Shown: positions 23,201-37,326 of the stretch, piece by piece | How positions within the stretch are numbered: position 1 is the first letter of the stretch | Layout of the letters: the number at the start of each line of letters is the position of its first letter | NCBI GenBank assembly: GCA_009914755.4 | Contig: CP068257.2 | Location: 20,384,001 to 20,448,000 of the forward strand | From: the human T2T-CHM13v2.0 reference genome, Homo sapiens | Direction of reading: 5' to 3' | Length of the DNA: 64,000 nt | Position numbers and translations under genes: made by a program | Notes under the pieces: generated by a model | What the model saw: only the letters and a program-made list of their open reading frames with translations | Databases searched by the model: none | What the model was told of the DNA's origin: nothing

Positions 23201-26200
23201 CTAGCTACTTTGTCTGTCAGCTTCTGCATTATTTTTTTGTGATTCTTAGCTTCCTTGGATTGGTTTTCAATGCATTGCTCCTATCCATACTCTGAATTCA
23301 ATTTCTGTCATTACAGCCATCTCAGCTTGGTTCAGAACCCGTGGAGAGGAGGTGGTGGAGGTGGTGTGGTCATTGGAAGGAAAGAAGGCACTATGGCTCT
23401 TTCAGTTTTCAGGGTTCTTGCACTGGTTCTTTCTCATCTTTTTGGACTTAACGTTCCTTATGTTCCTTCAATCTTTGAAGTTGCTGACCTTTGGATGCAT
23501 TTTTTTCTTTTATCCTATTTGATAATTTTGAGGACATAATTGTGGTATAAGGTGAATTCAGCCAACTTGCTTCATTTCTGGAAGATTCTAGATAGCCAAC
23601 ACCCAGCTACCAAACTCTTGGATTGCCTGCTCTAATTCTGGGGAACTTGTATCCAGCAAATCTTGTTGTTTGTCTCCTTGAGGTTACGAATCCCTTTGCA
23701 CTGAGGGAGCCATGGTGCTCTCCAACCACTGGTCCCTACATTCTGATGGGTGGTACCAGTCAAAGCCTTTTCTAGTTTGGTGACAATGGAATACATCCTC
23801 ATTTGCATGTGCCAGCAGCAGAAGCACAGTGGGGTGCATGCTGGTCAGCTACAGCAGGGTGTTAGCAGGTGCCTGCATGCCTGTCTCCACTCAAGTGTAG
23901 ACTACAGTGGCAGAGGAAAGGCAACTTATGGGGGCAGGGGCCCCTGCTGGCGATTGTATTTGCACAAGTGTTGGCAATAGGGGAGGGCGCTGATGGGCAC
24001 AGGTCTGTGTGCATTCTCTTTGTGTTTTCTATGTGCCACAGGCAGGGGTGGTCACTCAGGGTGGGGAGGTCTGCTGTTCCCTGTGACTAGTTTCATTCCC
24101 ATGGCAGTGTTGGCAAAATGGCCAGTGATGGTCGGTGTAGGACTGGTTGGCTCTGGGACCACCAAGGTTCTAACTGCCATGGTGGTGGTAGGGGGTGTGG
24201 ACTGCACTCTTCTTGCAGCAGTAGCACGGCAGGGTGCACTTACACATATATGCTGGCAAGGTAAAGAAAGCAAAACCCATCTGTGCACATATGTGTCAGC
24301 AAAGTGATGTGGGTGTTTGCTGTAGACACACAGGAAGCTGTAGTGTGGGGTGGGAGTGGGCAGGCTGGTGTGTGGCCATGGCAGCTGCACTTCTGGAGCG
24401 CTTACCCCCTGTCATGGAAGGCCTTCCAGTACAGAAGCTATGATGCAGGCCCTCAGGGTACCTGAGGCTTCCCTGCAAGCAGGTGCTGCCAGGCTCGGGC
24501 TCTGGGAGAGGCCAGCAAACTAAAGGGTGCTCATGTTGGGCCAACCTTGTCTGATGGTCAAGACCACCCTGCAGAGTTCAAGTCCGACTGTTGCCCTAGA
24601 ACTAAAGTCTCCTATGAAAGCATGTCAAGCCTAGAGGGATGGAAGTCCCTGACCGTGCTCCGCTACAAATGTTCTCGCACCAAACTCCCTGGGTTCTACA
24701 TCCGCTGGCTTGCTGCCCCTACCACTTCTCTAAGCAGCTCTGGCTGCCAACCTGAGTGTCCATGGCAGTTGAGGGGCCTCCTGCAGCTGGAATTCCAGAG
24801 GTCCGTGGTTAGAACAGGTTGCTCCTTGCAAGTTCAACTCACCCATTCCCTGAGAGTCCTTGGGGGCCAGGAACAAGTCCCAGCGCATGGTAGCCCAGTG
24901 CAATGTTCCTCCTGTTTCAGCCCAGCTTCCTTCTGTGTCTTCCCTCGGCCACTCCTGGTGCCTTCCATCGGATGATTTGTTAGGAGTGCGCCAGTTGTCT
25001 CAGTCCCTTGCTGGCGGTAATTCCACTTGCTGTGTCTAGTCGGCCATCTTGCCCCAAGCTAAGAGTGTTAAGCAGAGAAAGAAAACAGAAATAGAAAATA
25101 AATTTCATGAGAATTGGAATAAAACATATGACTGTAATTTTTCAAAGAAATTATTGTCTAAAAATCCAAAGGCAGGTGTAACTTATAGAATTCTTATAAT
25201 TAAACGTCAACTTTGATATTGGCTATAGATACAAGTTAAACTTGATGTAAAAACCAAGTTTATTTCTATATGGAAACAATAATATTTGGAAAGTGAAATT
25301 TTAGAAGAAAGACAGCATTTATAAATGTATGAAGGGATTAGAATTGAACCTAATGAGATGGATATCTACAGAGAAAATTATAAATTATACAAATTTCATA
25401 AATAAATAAAGTCATATCGAGTTTATGAGTTGAAGACATTGCAAAGACAGCAATTGTTTCTAACACAATCATGGATTCAATACAGTCCCACCAAATGCAA
25501 GCAGTATTTATTGTGAACATTTACCAACAAATCCTAAAATTTACAAGAAATAAAAAATGGTCAGGAAAAGTCAGGAAACATTTTTAAAAGAACAAGATGG
25601 AGAATCTATTCTACTAGAACACATGGCTTATTACATACTACAATAAGCACAGAAATGTGATATTAGCACAATGGTAAGTTAAAAAATTGAACAGAATAGA
25701 ATCTCTAGAAACAGACAGGTATAAAAGGAACTAATTTATAACAAAGAAGAATAATGAGTACAGGGCCATTTTTAAAATAAAGAGCTGTGGGTCAATAGGA
25801 TAATGGCAGCCCTACCTCCCCTTGATTATCAGGGTTAATTACTCTTGACAACATGCTGGCTTTTTTTATTGCCTGTTCATCTTTGGCAGTGCAGTACATA
25901 ACAGTATTTATGGGTCCCATCGTCATATCTGTACCACCATATCTCCTTTGCTGTAAAGTGACTCTTCTGTTTTAAAAAATGGTATTGATGGATTACCAGA
26001 TCACATTTCAAACATTCAGTAAATCCTTTGATATTAGTGCTTACAATGCCTTGCACAGAGGAAAGAAAGATACATGTTATAATAGTGACAAACCAACTTT
26101 CCTTCCAGGTTGAGAGTGTTGCATGCACCAGATTTTTATGAAGTAGCTGGAAATTCTCCTTGAAAAATTATGCCATGTCAAAGATCTCTGTTTCTTAGAT

Positions 26201-28882
26201 ATTTGGTATTCTGCAGCAGCATTAACTAGATTAGCTTTTGTGGGTGGGAGGTTACGCTGTTAATCCATGGATATTCTCTATCTCTAACACTATGTCCACT
26301 TCATATATGTACTTTGTGCCTGCTATGGGGTAGCCAATGACAGAACCTGGATAATGAGAACTTGCCAAGTCACTGCTTCTGTGTGGCTTTTTGGGACTGA
26401 CTCTTCTATGATGAATCCTTGCTGTAAACTTAAAATGCAATACAAAGATCTACACAATTTGTTCCAACTCACGTAGACACACCCACGTTTCTTCCACAGA
26501 CCTCTTTTCATGTTCTTGATAATCATCTATGTTATTTCTCATTACCCATAAGTTCATTCATTCTTACCTTAGGACACTTCTATTTCTGCATAAGTTGGAA
26601 TAACCAGGCATGCTGCTTGACACTCTGCTTTTTAGGAAGATTACCCCAGATAATAGATATGCAGCAGGGATGCAGCAGGTTCATTGGAGACTCATCATAA
26701 CAACAACTCTCTGCAAGTGAAGGAAGCAGAACTGGAATAACAGAAATGTTGAACTAAGATGCGGTTACAAAGATAACTACAGAAATAATTGAAATTGGCA
26801 TGAAACTTCAGAATTTCCCAGAAAGAGAAAATGGCATGGAATTTTGAATTCCAGATAGATTAATAAATGGGATGCAGAGTGCCCCCAAGAGGGGGCATAA
26901 AATGAAAGAGCAAACTTCCCTGTGCAGACTGCATTTTCTTGTGAACTAGTAGCACTGAAGACTCCTAGTACCTGGGAAAAAGGTGCCTTTACCCTGAAGG
27001 AAGAATATGAGAAGCACAACAGAGCATCCACTTTGGGAAGAACATTGGTGTAAATGGAGATAATGTGAAAGGTCACCACATAAATGGGAATAGTTTTGAA
27101 GACTGCTGACTTTTTGAAATAGTCTTTCTTAATAATTTAATCAAGAAACGAATGTAAAAGCACTTCGGACATTATAAGCATCACACCAATATAAAGGGCT
27201 GTTATTATTTAAAAAAAACCTTCAGGGCAATATCTATCTTGATTTAACTGATGTACTATTGAAAAGAAGCTATTGTCAGCAGGCACATGAGTCAGTTAAA
27301 TAATTTAAAGCTTAGCTATAGTGGCTAATGAAAATGTAAGAAAGAGCAAGTATCTTCTTTGCCTGCTTAAAATGTGTCAATCCACCTTTAAGATTTTTAC
27401 TAAACTAGGTGTAACTACAATTTTTAGATTCATCATGATACTTGACAGCAATGAGGAAAGATTCTTTTTCAAATTTTTAGAGCATCTTTTACTACTATGG
27501 TACATTGTCACAATGAATGAACTATAATAAATAAGGTTAATAAATTACAATAAATAAGGTTGATGCATTATTAACTGAAGTCTCTTCTTTATTAAGATTC
27601 CTTAGTTTTTATGAAGTGCCATTTTTCTGTTTAAGAATATCATTCAGAATGCCACATTACATTTAATCATCATGTTCCTTAAACTCCTTTTGGCCATGAC
27701 AGTTTCTCAGACTTGTTTTTTATGACCTTGACAGTTTTGAACACTACTGGTCAGTTATTTTAAATAATGTTTCTCAACTGGAAATTTTCTGATGTTTTTA
27801 TCATGACTGTTCTTGGGGTTATGTGTTTTCAGCAGAAAAATAACAGAGGCAAAGTGTCATTTTCATAATATATCAAGGGTACATGTCATCAACATAACTT
27901 ATCACTGTTTACAATTATATTAACCATCTGTCTGAGGTATTGACCGTCAAGTATAATGATATTTGACACTGTTTTCTAAACTGTAAAACATACTTACAAT
28001 CAACCATATGACCTTATGTAGCACATCACTTAACTTTTGAAAATCTTAGATATCTATCAGTAAAATGGGAATAAAGATGACTGCCTCCAATGTTTTATGT
28101 AATAAACAACATAAATAGTAAATTTATAGCCACTTGGTATGATCAAAACTTACAAAAAATATAACGTATTACTTTCGCTATTTAACATTTATTGAGTGCT
28201 TTGTGGGTGAAATTCACCATTGTATTAGCTATGAGTAATTATGCAAACAAAACAGACATGGTACCTAACTTAAAAATTTTATGTTTAAAGGGAAAGAGCA
28301 TGCACATAAATCACTATAGTATAAGCAAAGGAAGAAAAAGCAATTCTGTTTATAAATTTTTCTCTAAAACTATACATCAAGAAGTGTGTGATACATTAGA
28401 AAGTAATGTACAGAGTACCTCATTTCATCTGCTCACATACCCTGTGAAAAAGGAGGTTTTTTTCAATTTAATTTTTCAGCAGAAAAAAGCAGAAGTCTTG
28501 AGAAAAAATGCTTTAGATTCAGGGGAAAAATATATCTAAAATCATGACAAATGTTAATGTGTTTCTCCAATTTCAATCTGACATTGAAAAGTCTTTCTTA
28601 TTAGTTGATCACCATCAGGTGAACTTTCAATTTATTTTCTAAAGAATAGTGGGAGGAGAGATATGGTTGAAAAGCAAAATGTTTTCAAAGGTCATGAAAA
28701 GGGGAATGCTGACAAAAGAGAACAGGACATTCTCCTAGGGAGTGCCTTACATGATAATTTAATTTCTTAAAACACTCAGATGAAAAAGAGATCTTTTACC
28801 CTGGTTTTTTGCCTGCAGAGACTGGTAAGGCCAAGCTCTTCCAGTAAGCAACCAAGCATGAAAAATAATTTAACATATTAGA

Positions 28883-28996
28883 GTTAGTGGGTGCAGCGCA
28901 ACAGCATGGCACATGTATACATATGTAACTAACCTGCACAATGTGCACATGTACCCTAAAACTTAAAGTATAATTAAAAAAAAAAAGAAAAAAAAA
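28883..28996 (+). mobile_element. Severely 5'-truncated young-looking L1PA 3' end (about 92 bp of 3' UTR plus A-tail), with a perfect 16-bp TSD
   Basis: gttagtgggtgcagcgcaacagcatggcacatgtatacatatgtaactaacctgcacaatgtgcacatgtaccctaaaacttaaagtataattaaaaaaaaaaagaaaaaaaaaa is near-identical to the L1PA2-5/L1HS 3' end. The TSD aatttaacatattaga lies at 28867-28882 and 28997-29012. Confidence 0.9.
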
Positions 28997-31900
28997 ATTT
29001 AACATATTAGAAACTACTGTTTAGTCCTATGTTTGGCAACTTATTTTTCTATTAACTTACGAGCCCTTTAAATCTAGCTACTTCAGCACTGGAGCTTATT
29101 CACAGGTAATATTATAAATATTCAGTTTTTGTTGAAAATTTGAACACCTGACTGAAATTAGAAGATATTTATAAGTGAATAAATGAAGAAACGAATATGC
29201 TGAAACAAAAGGACAGAAAGACAACTGTAAAACAATTTATAGCTATTATGTTAAAGCACATGATTCTTTACAAAGTTGATTGGAATTAAGAGAGAGATAA
29301 TTTATATTAAAAATCTTTCTTTGTGTTTACTAGATAATATAATATTTCTCAAAGTTAATTTTGTACACATATAATTTGAAAATGTATTGGTTTATGTTCT
29401 CCTTTTTGCCTGATAATCCACAATGGATAAAAAGATGATGTCATATTTGAACATTACATCTGAATTTCTGTCCTTTCCAAGGTGTAGATACAATTGTCTC
29501 TTTGATATGGAATGGAGAGACTCGTATGTAGGCATTTTGAGTTTACAAAGAAATTCCAAAATTTAACTGCTGTTACATCAGAGAGTATTTCAATTTCTGA
29601 CAAAGTCTGAACACATTGGCTGGCCATCATCTCCCTTGCTCTTTAGTTAAACTAATCTATGTGCTAAAATAAAGGAAAAGAGCAAGGTGATGAGAGAAAA
29701 ATCAGTCAGTTTAGTAAAGCTGGTTTCCCTCCTACTTTTTTGTACTTTACATTATTCCTTTTATGTTTATAATTACACAACATAATTATTTTGAGGGATT
29801 TATGTACAGAAAATATATTTTTGGGAAAAAGATAATATCCATAATTGTGTATCCATTAATAATAGATTTAAAGAGAGATACAACAATAATGAATATACTT
29901 TGATGAACCTGTTGGATATCAGTTGACTAGAAGAGTCAGAAAATAGTATCATAATAAGGAGAAACATTGGTACTATTTTTCAAGGATTTGAAGTGATACA
30001 TAAATACGGCTTCTAGTACATAAGATGGTGGGTCAAACCATTCTGTTTTGTAGATAGCATATAGTTGGAAGGTGCTTTGTTTTTGTTTTCTATTTTATCA
30101 ACTGTAATGTTTATAGCACATATATTTAATATGATTAAAGTATGGTTGGCTTTAAATTTACCAGTGTGCTGTTTTTAGTTTTGACCCAGAAGGAACCCAG
30201 TATGCATTTTTGAGCTCTTTTCTTGCTTGTTTCTTTCCACAGCTCTGCCTTGTTATTTCCTGTAGTCTCAGCCTCCCTAAATTCTGATATTTTTTTCTCC
30301 TACTGGAAATCTGCTAGACTCAATTTAGGTTTTCTTCCCAAGCCAATATTCTGGAAGATGTCTCCAAGCAGAAATATGGTGCAGCTGTGTTGACAAATCT
30401 GTGTTGACAAATATTTGGAATATGAAAACTTACTGGTTGGTACATAAAACATGACACTTTGGGCAACTATTTATTTTTTTAAAGTTATACACTTAACATA
30501 TAATGTTTTCCTTCCATTCCTAGACATGTACCCCCCACAAAAAGACAGCATATTTACACACAAAAACTTATTTTCACATATTTATAGGATTTTTACTTTT
30601 CACTAATTCCAAACTGAAACCAACCCATATGCCCATCCACATGTATATGGATAAATCCAACTTGTTATATGCGTACAATGTAATTCTACTCAGCAATACA
30701 AAGAAACAAAATACTGGTCAACCACAACATGAATAAATCTAGGTTATTTTGCTAAGTGAACCTAGTCAGATACAAAGTAACATAAATAGCAGATCTTAAA
30801 TTTAGTAAAAGTTAATAAAATGTAAGCAAATCATTAGTGGTTACATAGGTCCAAAGTCAGTGGAAGGAATCAACTAGCAAGAGGCAAAAGGAATCTTTAG
30901 GGGATTATGACCACATTCTCTTATCTTAATTATGTCGGTGACTTTATGAGTATATACATCTGTCACAACTCTTCAAAATGTGTGCTTTACATGGATAATA
31001 TTTATTAAATTTGATTTAATGAAACAATGTGTGAGGAATAGAACACCTAGATTAAGTTAAATTGTTGTCTAATTCATTGCTTCAATCCAGAAGTGATTTT
31101 TATAGAGTAATATTAATATGTTATGAGACCTTATGTAACAGGACTTTTGCATATTACAGAGACGTTATTTTATCTTTCACAAGCATAATACAATCATAAG
31201 ACTGAGGGAAATTATGTACTTATTTCTTTAAAAGCTTCTTCAAAGTCACCTTACAATATTAAAAGCAAAAATCAAACATACACTATAAATCTAATCATGA
31301 ATAAATGTCAAACAAAGAAATATTGAGATTTGACAGCAATTTATTCTTAAATAGTTCAAGGCAAAAATGTTATTTGTACTGTTTTTTTATACACTTGAAA
31401 TTATTTACAAATTTTAAAGTGAGAGCAATAAAGAAAATATAAAATCAATCATATTGGAAATAAAAATCATGTTAATTTTTACGATATACTATTACAATTG
31501 AGATTTTTGTTTTGTGAACACATAAAGCAAAATACTGCCATTATTTTTGTCAGAAAAAGTGTAGATTCTGAGTATAAAACAAGAGAAATAATTTTTTTTG
31601 GAAATGAAAAAACACAATATTTTTTAAGCAACAGTCTAAACAAATTATACTGAACTACCATTCTAACTATAAATTTTCTTCTAAAAGTGTGATTCGCAAA
31701 AGATGAATTATATTCTCTTTAAGCAGGAAAAATTTTATGCAATTTCTTTAGGGGTTTGAAAAACAATTACTGTTTTATTTCAGTTGCCTTTATGATTTTG
31801 TCTCTTCTAATTTAATCAGTTCTTTCATAAAAACTATGTTTTTTATGTAATTTTTGTATTTTTACTACTAACTCTTGGTTATTTTCTTCCCAAACGCTGT

Positions 31901-32194
31901 AAAGCATAGCTCATAAAAAGTCTCCTTAATAGACATTGGAGATATGATTGTGTTGCGTGATGAATACTACTTGATGAAAAAAATTCACTGAGTTTTAATT
32001 ACAATTTTCAAGGGTACGATAATGTCACCCTTTTTTCATAAATATTTCCTTCTCTTTTGACTTTTTCTCATACCTTAAAAATCTATTTTATATCTCTATC
32101 TATACACATACATACATATATATGTATGTCTGTGTGTGTATACACATGTAAAATTACAGATTTTTGTTATGAACTAAATATTTATGTCCTCCCA

Positions 32195-32530
32195 AAACTC
32201 ATATGTTGAAGTCTAATCCCCAATGCAATGGTGTTTAGAGATGAGGACTTTGGGAGGTGATTAGGATTACATAAGGTCATGAAGGTAGAGCCTTCACAAG
32301 TAAGATTTGTGCCTTTATAAGAGTCATGAAAAAGCTTATTTCCCCTCTTTATTCTTTGCCATGTGAAGATACAGTGAGGAGTCAGCAGTTTGCAGCTTGG
32401 AAGAGAGCCTTCACCAAAACCTGATCATCCCTTGATCTTTGATTTTGAGGATCCAGAAATGTGAAAAATCTATTTCTGGTTTTTATAAGCCACACACTCT
32501 ATGGTACTTGATTATAGCAGCTGGAATTTA
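32195..32530 (+). mobile_element. MLT1-type MaLR LTR
   Basis: aaactcatatgttgaagtctaatccccaatgcaatggtgtttagagatgaggactttgggaggtgattaggattacataaggtcatgaaggtagagccttcacaagtaagatttgtgcctttataagag...ggatccagaaatgtgaaaaatctatttctggtttttataagccacacactctatggtacttgattatagcagc parallels the MLT1 consensus. Confidence 0.6.
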
Positions 32531-33503
32531 CACAAAAATATGTCTTTAACTAAAAGACTTCATTGTTAAACAGCAAAGATGTATATCAAGCAGATACATC
32601 ACTGTTAGGAAGAGGGCCTTTTTGGTCTGGATGGGAAATCTAAGCACACTCGGCAACAGGTGGCAGGAGCACACTGGACCAACATGCAGATCCAGCCTTG
32701 AAAAGTACCAATCGGGAGAAATTGAACAAATCATCTAACCTCTTTCATTATTTGTTTTGTTGACTTGTTGAATGTGAGTAATAACAAATTTGAAAGCTTG
32801 TGGTGAGTACTGAAGACAACATATGCAAAATTGAGTTGATAAACTGTAATTTTCAATATTTACATTACTATAAATGGAGAGGAAAAGACTCTAACCTACT
32901 TTACCCTTCAATTTTCTTGTAATTATAGTACTAATTAGAGGATGATTGTAGCTATACCCCAAGCTGGGTAAAGGTCAGTGATGCACACTCACAGTTTTTG
33001 AATTGAATTCAACCAATAAACTAAAGGAGTGGAGAGAGCAGGCTAAAAAGCACACTCTGTAGTTGGGCCAGCGCACTCTGTTCTGGAATTTCCTCCATGA
33101 GTCCCATGTTTCTTCCTGCATTTATATATTTTATTATAACAGCACGAATCAACATAATCACCCCATTTAAATGAAAACATCTTTCCAAGCACCACGAATT
33201 TTTGACATAATTATTAAAGTATACGTGAAAAAGGAAGGTGAAAACACTATTACATAAATAAAAGATAATTGAATATTAAAATATCCTGCAGTAATACAGT
33301 TAAAGAATAGAGATTCTATAAGTCAGAGAAGAAAAATTCCTCCACCGAATTTTTTAATTCATCCTAAGTGTCATTGATTTAAGTTTGTTGATACCTAAAT
33401 TTCAATTTACTTAAAATTTATTTGGAAATTTAAGACATAGTAACATTTGCAGTTTTTAGCAACTTATGTTCTTATTGACTACTTAAAGAAGTTAGTATTT
33501 TAG

Positions 33504-34166
<663 letters not shown>

Positions 34167-34574
34167 GGATTTTTAAAGATTTAAAACATTCATTGAATCT
34201 ACAATTTTCCAATTTAATATATGTTTTCAGTGGTTATTAATTATAGCATAGGATATTTGAGGATTTTGACTTAAAAAATATTTTAGTGCAACAAAATGAA
34301 ATTTAGCTCTTAAAAACAATACTGAAAATTTTCTTCTTGGCATTTAAAAACCAAGATTCTGGATATCCAGCTGATTAGGTTTAATGTAAAATGCATTAGT
34401 GTGTAGTGCTGAGCATTTCAGAATGCTTTTATCAAGAGGTCCAAACAAACGCAGTGGGTCATAATGTCAAATCAGTGGAATAATTCATGAACCAACTCAT
34501 CCTCTGACTTACTGACACTTACCAAGCTGTTGCCTTTAACCCCTAGCAAACCTATCTTAGAAATTAGAGGTTTA

Positions 34575-34640
34575 CAAAGGAATATATATATTTATTTATA
34601 TATATATACACACACACACACGTATATAACAGAGAAATAT
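34575..34640. repeat. (TA)n/(CA)n-rich compound microsatellite
   Basis: atatatatatttatttatatatatatacacacacacacacgtatat. Confidence 0.8.
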
Positions 34641-36289
34641 ATAGAGAAATCATTATTTTTACATATATGTAAAATAAATATATTTCTATTTTTACATGTA
34701 TGTATATTCTTTCTAGAAAATATATATTTAATAAACTTATAATTCTTGATTACATAGAAAGTAAAAATATAATACGTATTAAGTATATATATTTAGTAAA
34801 CTTCTTATCTTTGAGTACATCTCATACATTTTCTTATATTCTTAGTTGCATATGAATTAATTGCTGAAACTGTTTGTTTTTGAAGTTGATTGAAGATGGA
34901 GGTAACTCATTTTTATTCGTATTTTCGACCATTGACTCTTTTAGGATGCCTCCCTGTCTTTTCCTCCTACCCCTAAATATAAATATATAGTTATTTTACT
35001 TTCCTAGGGCCTCATTCTAAACCAACATACAAATAAATTTACAAAGGAAAAAATAAAATATGTATTATAACATGCAAAGTGATACTTGAGTTCAGTTATT
35101 ATGGTAATAAAAACAGTAAATTTCCTTATAATATCAATTTCTTAATCCTGTACCAATCTGATGCCAAGACACATTTCAGACAAAAATCTAATTTTTCAAT
35201 AGATTACATTATAACTGACTAATCAGAGAATAAAGGACAAGCACTGTGGACATAAATTTGTTTTTCTCCTTTCTACATCAAGAATACTTACATCTCTTTT
35301 TTTAAACAAAGAGGATCATCAGTGATAATACCTAATTACAATATTCATTTTCCTATTTAAGTTATAGAGATATATGCTTTTCTTTTCTATTCTTCTATAG
35401 TTACTATTACAAAGTAATGAACAACGAAACATTGTAATGATATATGGAAATTTGTAAACATTGATACCAATGAATCTTTTTATTCTTCCCGACAGTTGTA
35501 ACGTATATATTATGCTTGATACTGTAGTGCCCTGAGACTTCTGGTAACATTCTCTTTTAGATATAGTAGATCATATATGCACACTAAATATAGTAGATCA
35601 TATCTGCATGAAACATGCAGCAGCTTGGGGTCAATAATAGGCATGCACTTCTGAAATCTAAATGTTCATGAGTCCCATAAACCATAACCTGAAACAAGAA
35701 AATTTGAGTACCTATGCTGCAACTACTACTTTCAATATTTTATTAATGATTTACAAAACCATGAATACATGCTTTACATTATTTAATTCTGCTATTTCAA
35801 AAGTGAATCTATAACATGTAGGAATCTACAAAAATCACAATAGTATTGTTGAAAAACTAACTACTTATTCCAAACTCCCTACCCCCACCATTCTGTGATA
35901 CTTTTATTTTTCTTGTTGAAACTCTCACATTCTAGAAAGTGTGGACTCAGCTTAGGGCCTAGTTAATGCTGGTGATGAAGAAGAAATTCAGTAGATTTTA
36001 GCTAAAATAATGTACACGAATATATTATTAATTTATTTATTAATGGTCTTATAATGATTATAATAGTGATTGCTCACCAGATCACCAAATATGAAGTATT
36101 ATTGTCTAATATAAATGTTAATTTTAAAATATATAATATGTATTTGTATAAATATTTTCAATACAGTTATTGAGTACATGGCAGCATTTTTTAAATGTAA
36201 AGAATAATAAAACTAAAAAATGATATATGAAAATTTATCTCTTCAGGAAAATGCAAAAAACAATAAATATGTTTAGACATTATTGTATG

Positions 36290-36660
36290 TCTTAGTTTAT
36301 GCCGTTATAGAAAAAATCCATAGAATGGGTGGCTTCACCCAGGTAAATTCATTTCTAATAGTTCTGAAGGCTGGGAAGTCAAAGGTCAAAGTGACAGTAA
36401 GTCTGTTGTCTAATGAGGACACTCTTCCTGATTTTCAGATAGCCCTCTTTTCATATTATACTCACATGGCAGAAAGCAGAGATTTACAGCAAGCTCTCAG
36501 GTCTCTTCTTATGTAGACACTAATCTAATTCCTGAGAGCTCCACCTTCACAACTTAAATACCTCCCTAAGTCCACACCTCCTAATATCATCACATCAGGA
36601 ATCAGGACTTTAACATATGAATTTTGAGGGACACAGACATTGCCCATAACACTACATCCC
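36290..36660 (-). mobile_element. MLT1-type MaLR LTR in reverse orientation (same family as 11990 and 32195)
   Basis: The plus strand is the reverse complement of the MLT1 3' end: gttatagaaaaaatccatagaatgggtggcttcacccaggtaaattcatttctaatagttctgaaggctgggaagtcaaaggtcaaagtgacag...cacatggcagaaagcagagatttacagcaagctctcag...cctcctaatatcatcacatcaggaatcaggactttaacatatgaattttgagggacacagacattg. Confidence 0.55.
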
Positions 36661-37282
36661 TGGCTGCCCAAAATGTATATCCCTGCATGCCAAATACATT
36701 TATTTTACCCTAATAATCTCCAAAGTCTTAATTCATTCCAATATCAGCTATAAAGGGTAAAGTCCAAGGTCTTATTGGAACGTCATCTAAATTAGGTAGA
36801 GATAATACTTGAAGTGAGATTCATTCTAAGGCAAAATTCTCTGCAGCTGTGAGCCTGTGAAACCAAACAAGTTATCTGCTTCAAAAATATAATTATAGGA
36901 CAGGCATAGAGAAGACATTTCCATTTTTAAAGGGGGAAATAGGGAAAAAGGAAGGGACGATCTGTCCCAAGCAATTCTAAAATGTAGCAAGGAAAACTCC
37001 ATGAGTTCTTAAGGCTTGAGAACAATCTCCTTTGGCCTGATATTTTGCCTTTCATACCCACTGGGGTAGTACTGTTATCCCCACAGCTCAGTGCCCCATG
37101 CTGTGGCAATCTGTAGCGGCCCCACCCATGCTGAGGCTCTAATGGGTAGGAGGTCATGCTCCAGAGATGTGCAGGGTGGCTTTGCCTCCGCAATTTCTTT
37201 AGGAAGACTTCTGCCCTGTTGAAAGTTAGACAGTGTCCCTGATGGTCTCTGAATCACTTTCAGTGATTCTTCTTCCCTTTTC

Positions 37283-37326
37283 TTGAAGAACAGCACACAT
37301 TTCTTGAAGAAGAGCACACATTTACA
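37283..37326. repeat. 22-bp tandem duplication (ttcttgaagaaNagcacacattt x2)
   Basis: ttcttgaagaacagcacacatttcttgaagaagagcacacattt. It is reflected in the repeated CVLFFKK in the minus ORF 37075..37338. Confidence 0.85.

Larger units (their letters stand above)
19651..25059 (-). mobile_element. LINE-1 (older L1PA-type) retaining both termini, flanked by a 10-bp TSD; about 1.2 kb of ORF2 is deleted internally, an Alu is nested in it, and it contains a roughly 93-bp tandem duplication
   Basis: The plus strand reads the L1 antisense continuously. The 3' end and tail are at the left (ttttattttaagtttagaggtacctgtgtgtatttgttatataggtagacttgtgtcatgggg...). ORF2 antisense motifs follow (tttgtcaaagatcagatggttgtagttgtgtgg..., ggtggataagctttttgatgtgctgctg...). 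The sequence jumps from gaatccatctggtcctgg directly to actaggattgcaactcctgc, which is the ORF2 internal deletion. The GC-rich 5' UTR antisense ends ...ctagtcggccatcttgccccaagc (compare the L1 5' end rc ...ctattcggccatcttggctcctcccc). The TSD tctaagagtg lies at 19641-19650 and ctaagagtg at 25060-25068. Confidence 0.9.

Noticed and set aside
24547-24975. Largest non-L1-ORF2 open reading frame in the track (142 aa, plus strand), with neighbouring overlapping ORFs 23750-24544 on both strands, in the only GC-rich stretch of the window
   Set aside because: The stretch is the antisense of an L1 5' UTR and ORF1-upstream region (it ends ...cggccatcttgccccaagc, the L1 5' terminus in reverse complement). 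High GC content lengthens random ORFs, and there is no start context, splice signal or recognisable protein. It is a chance ORF inside a retrotransposon.
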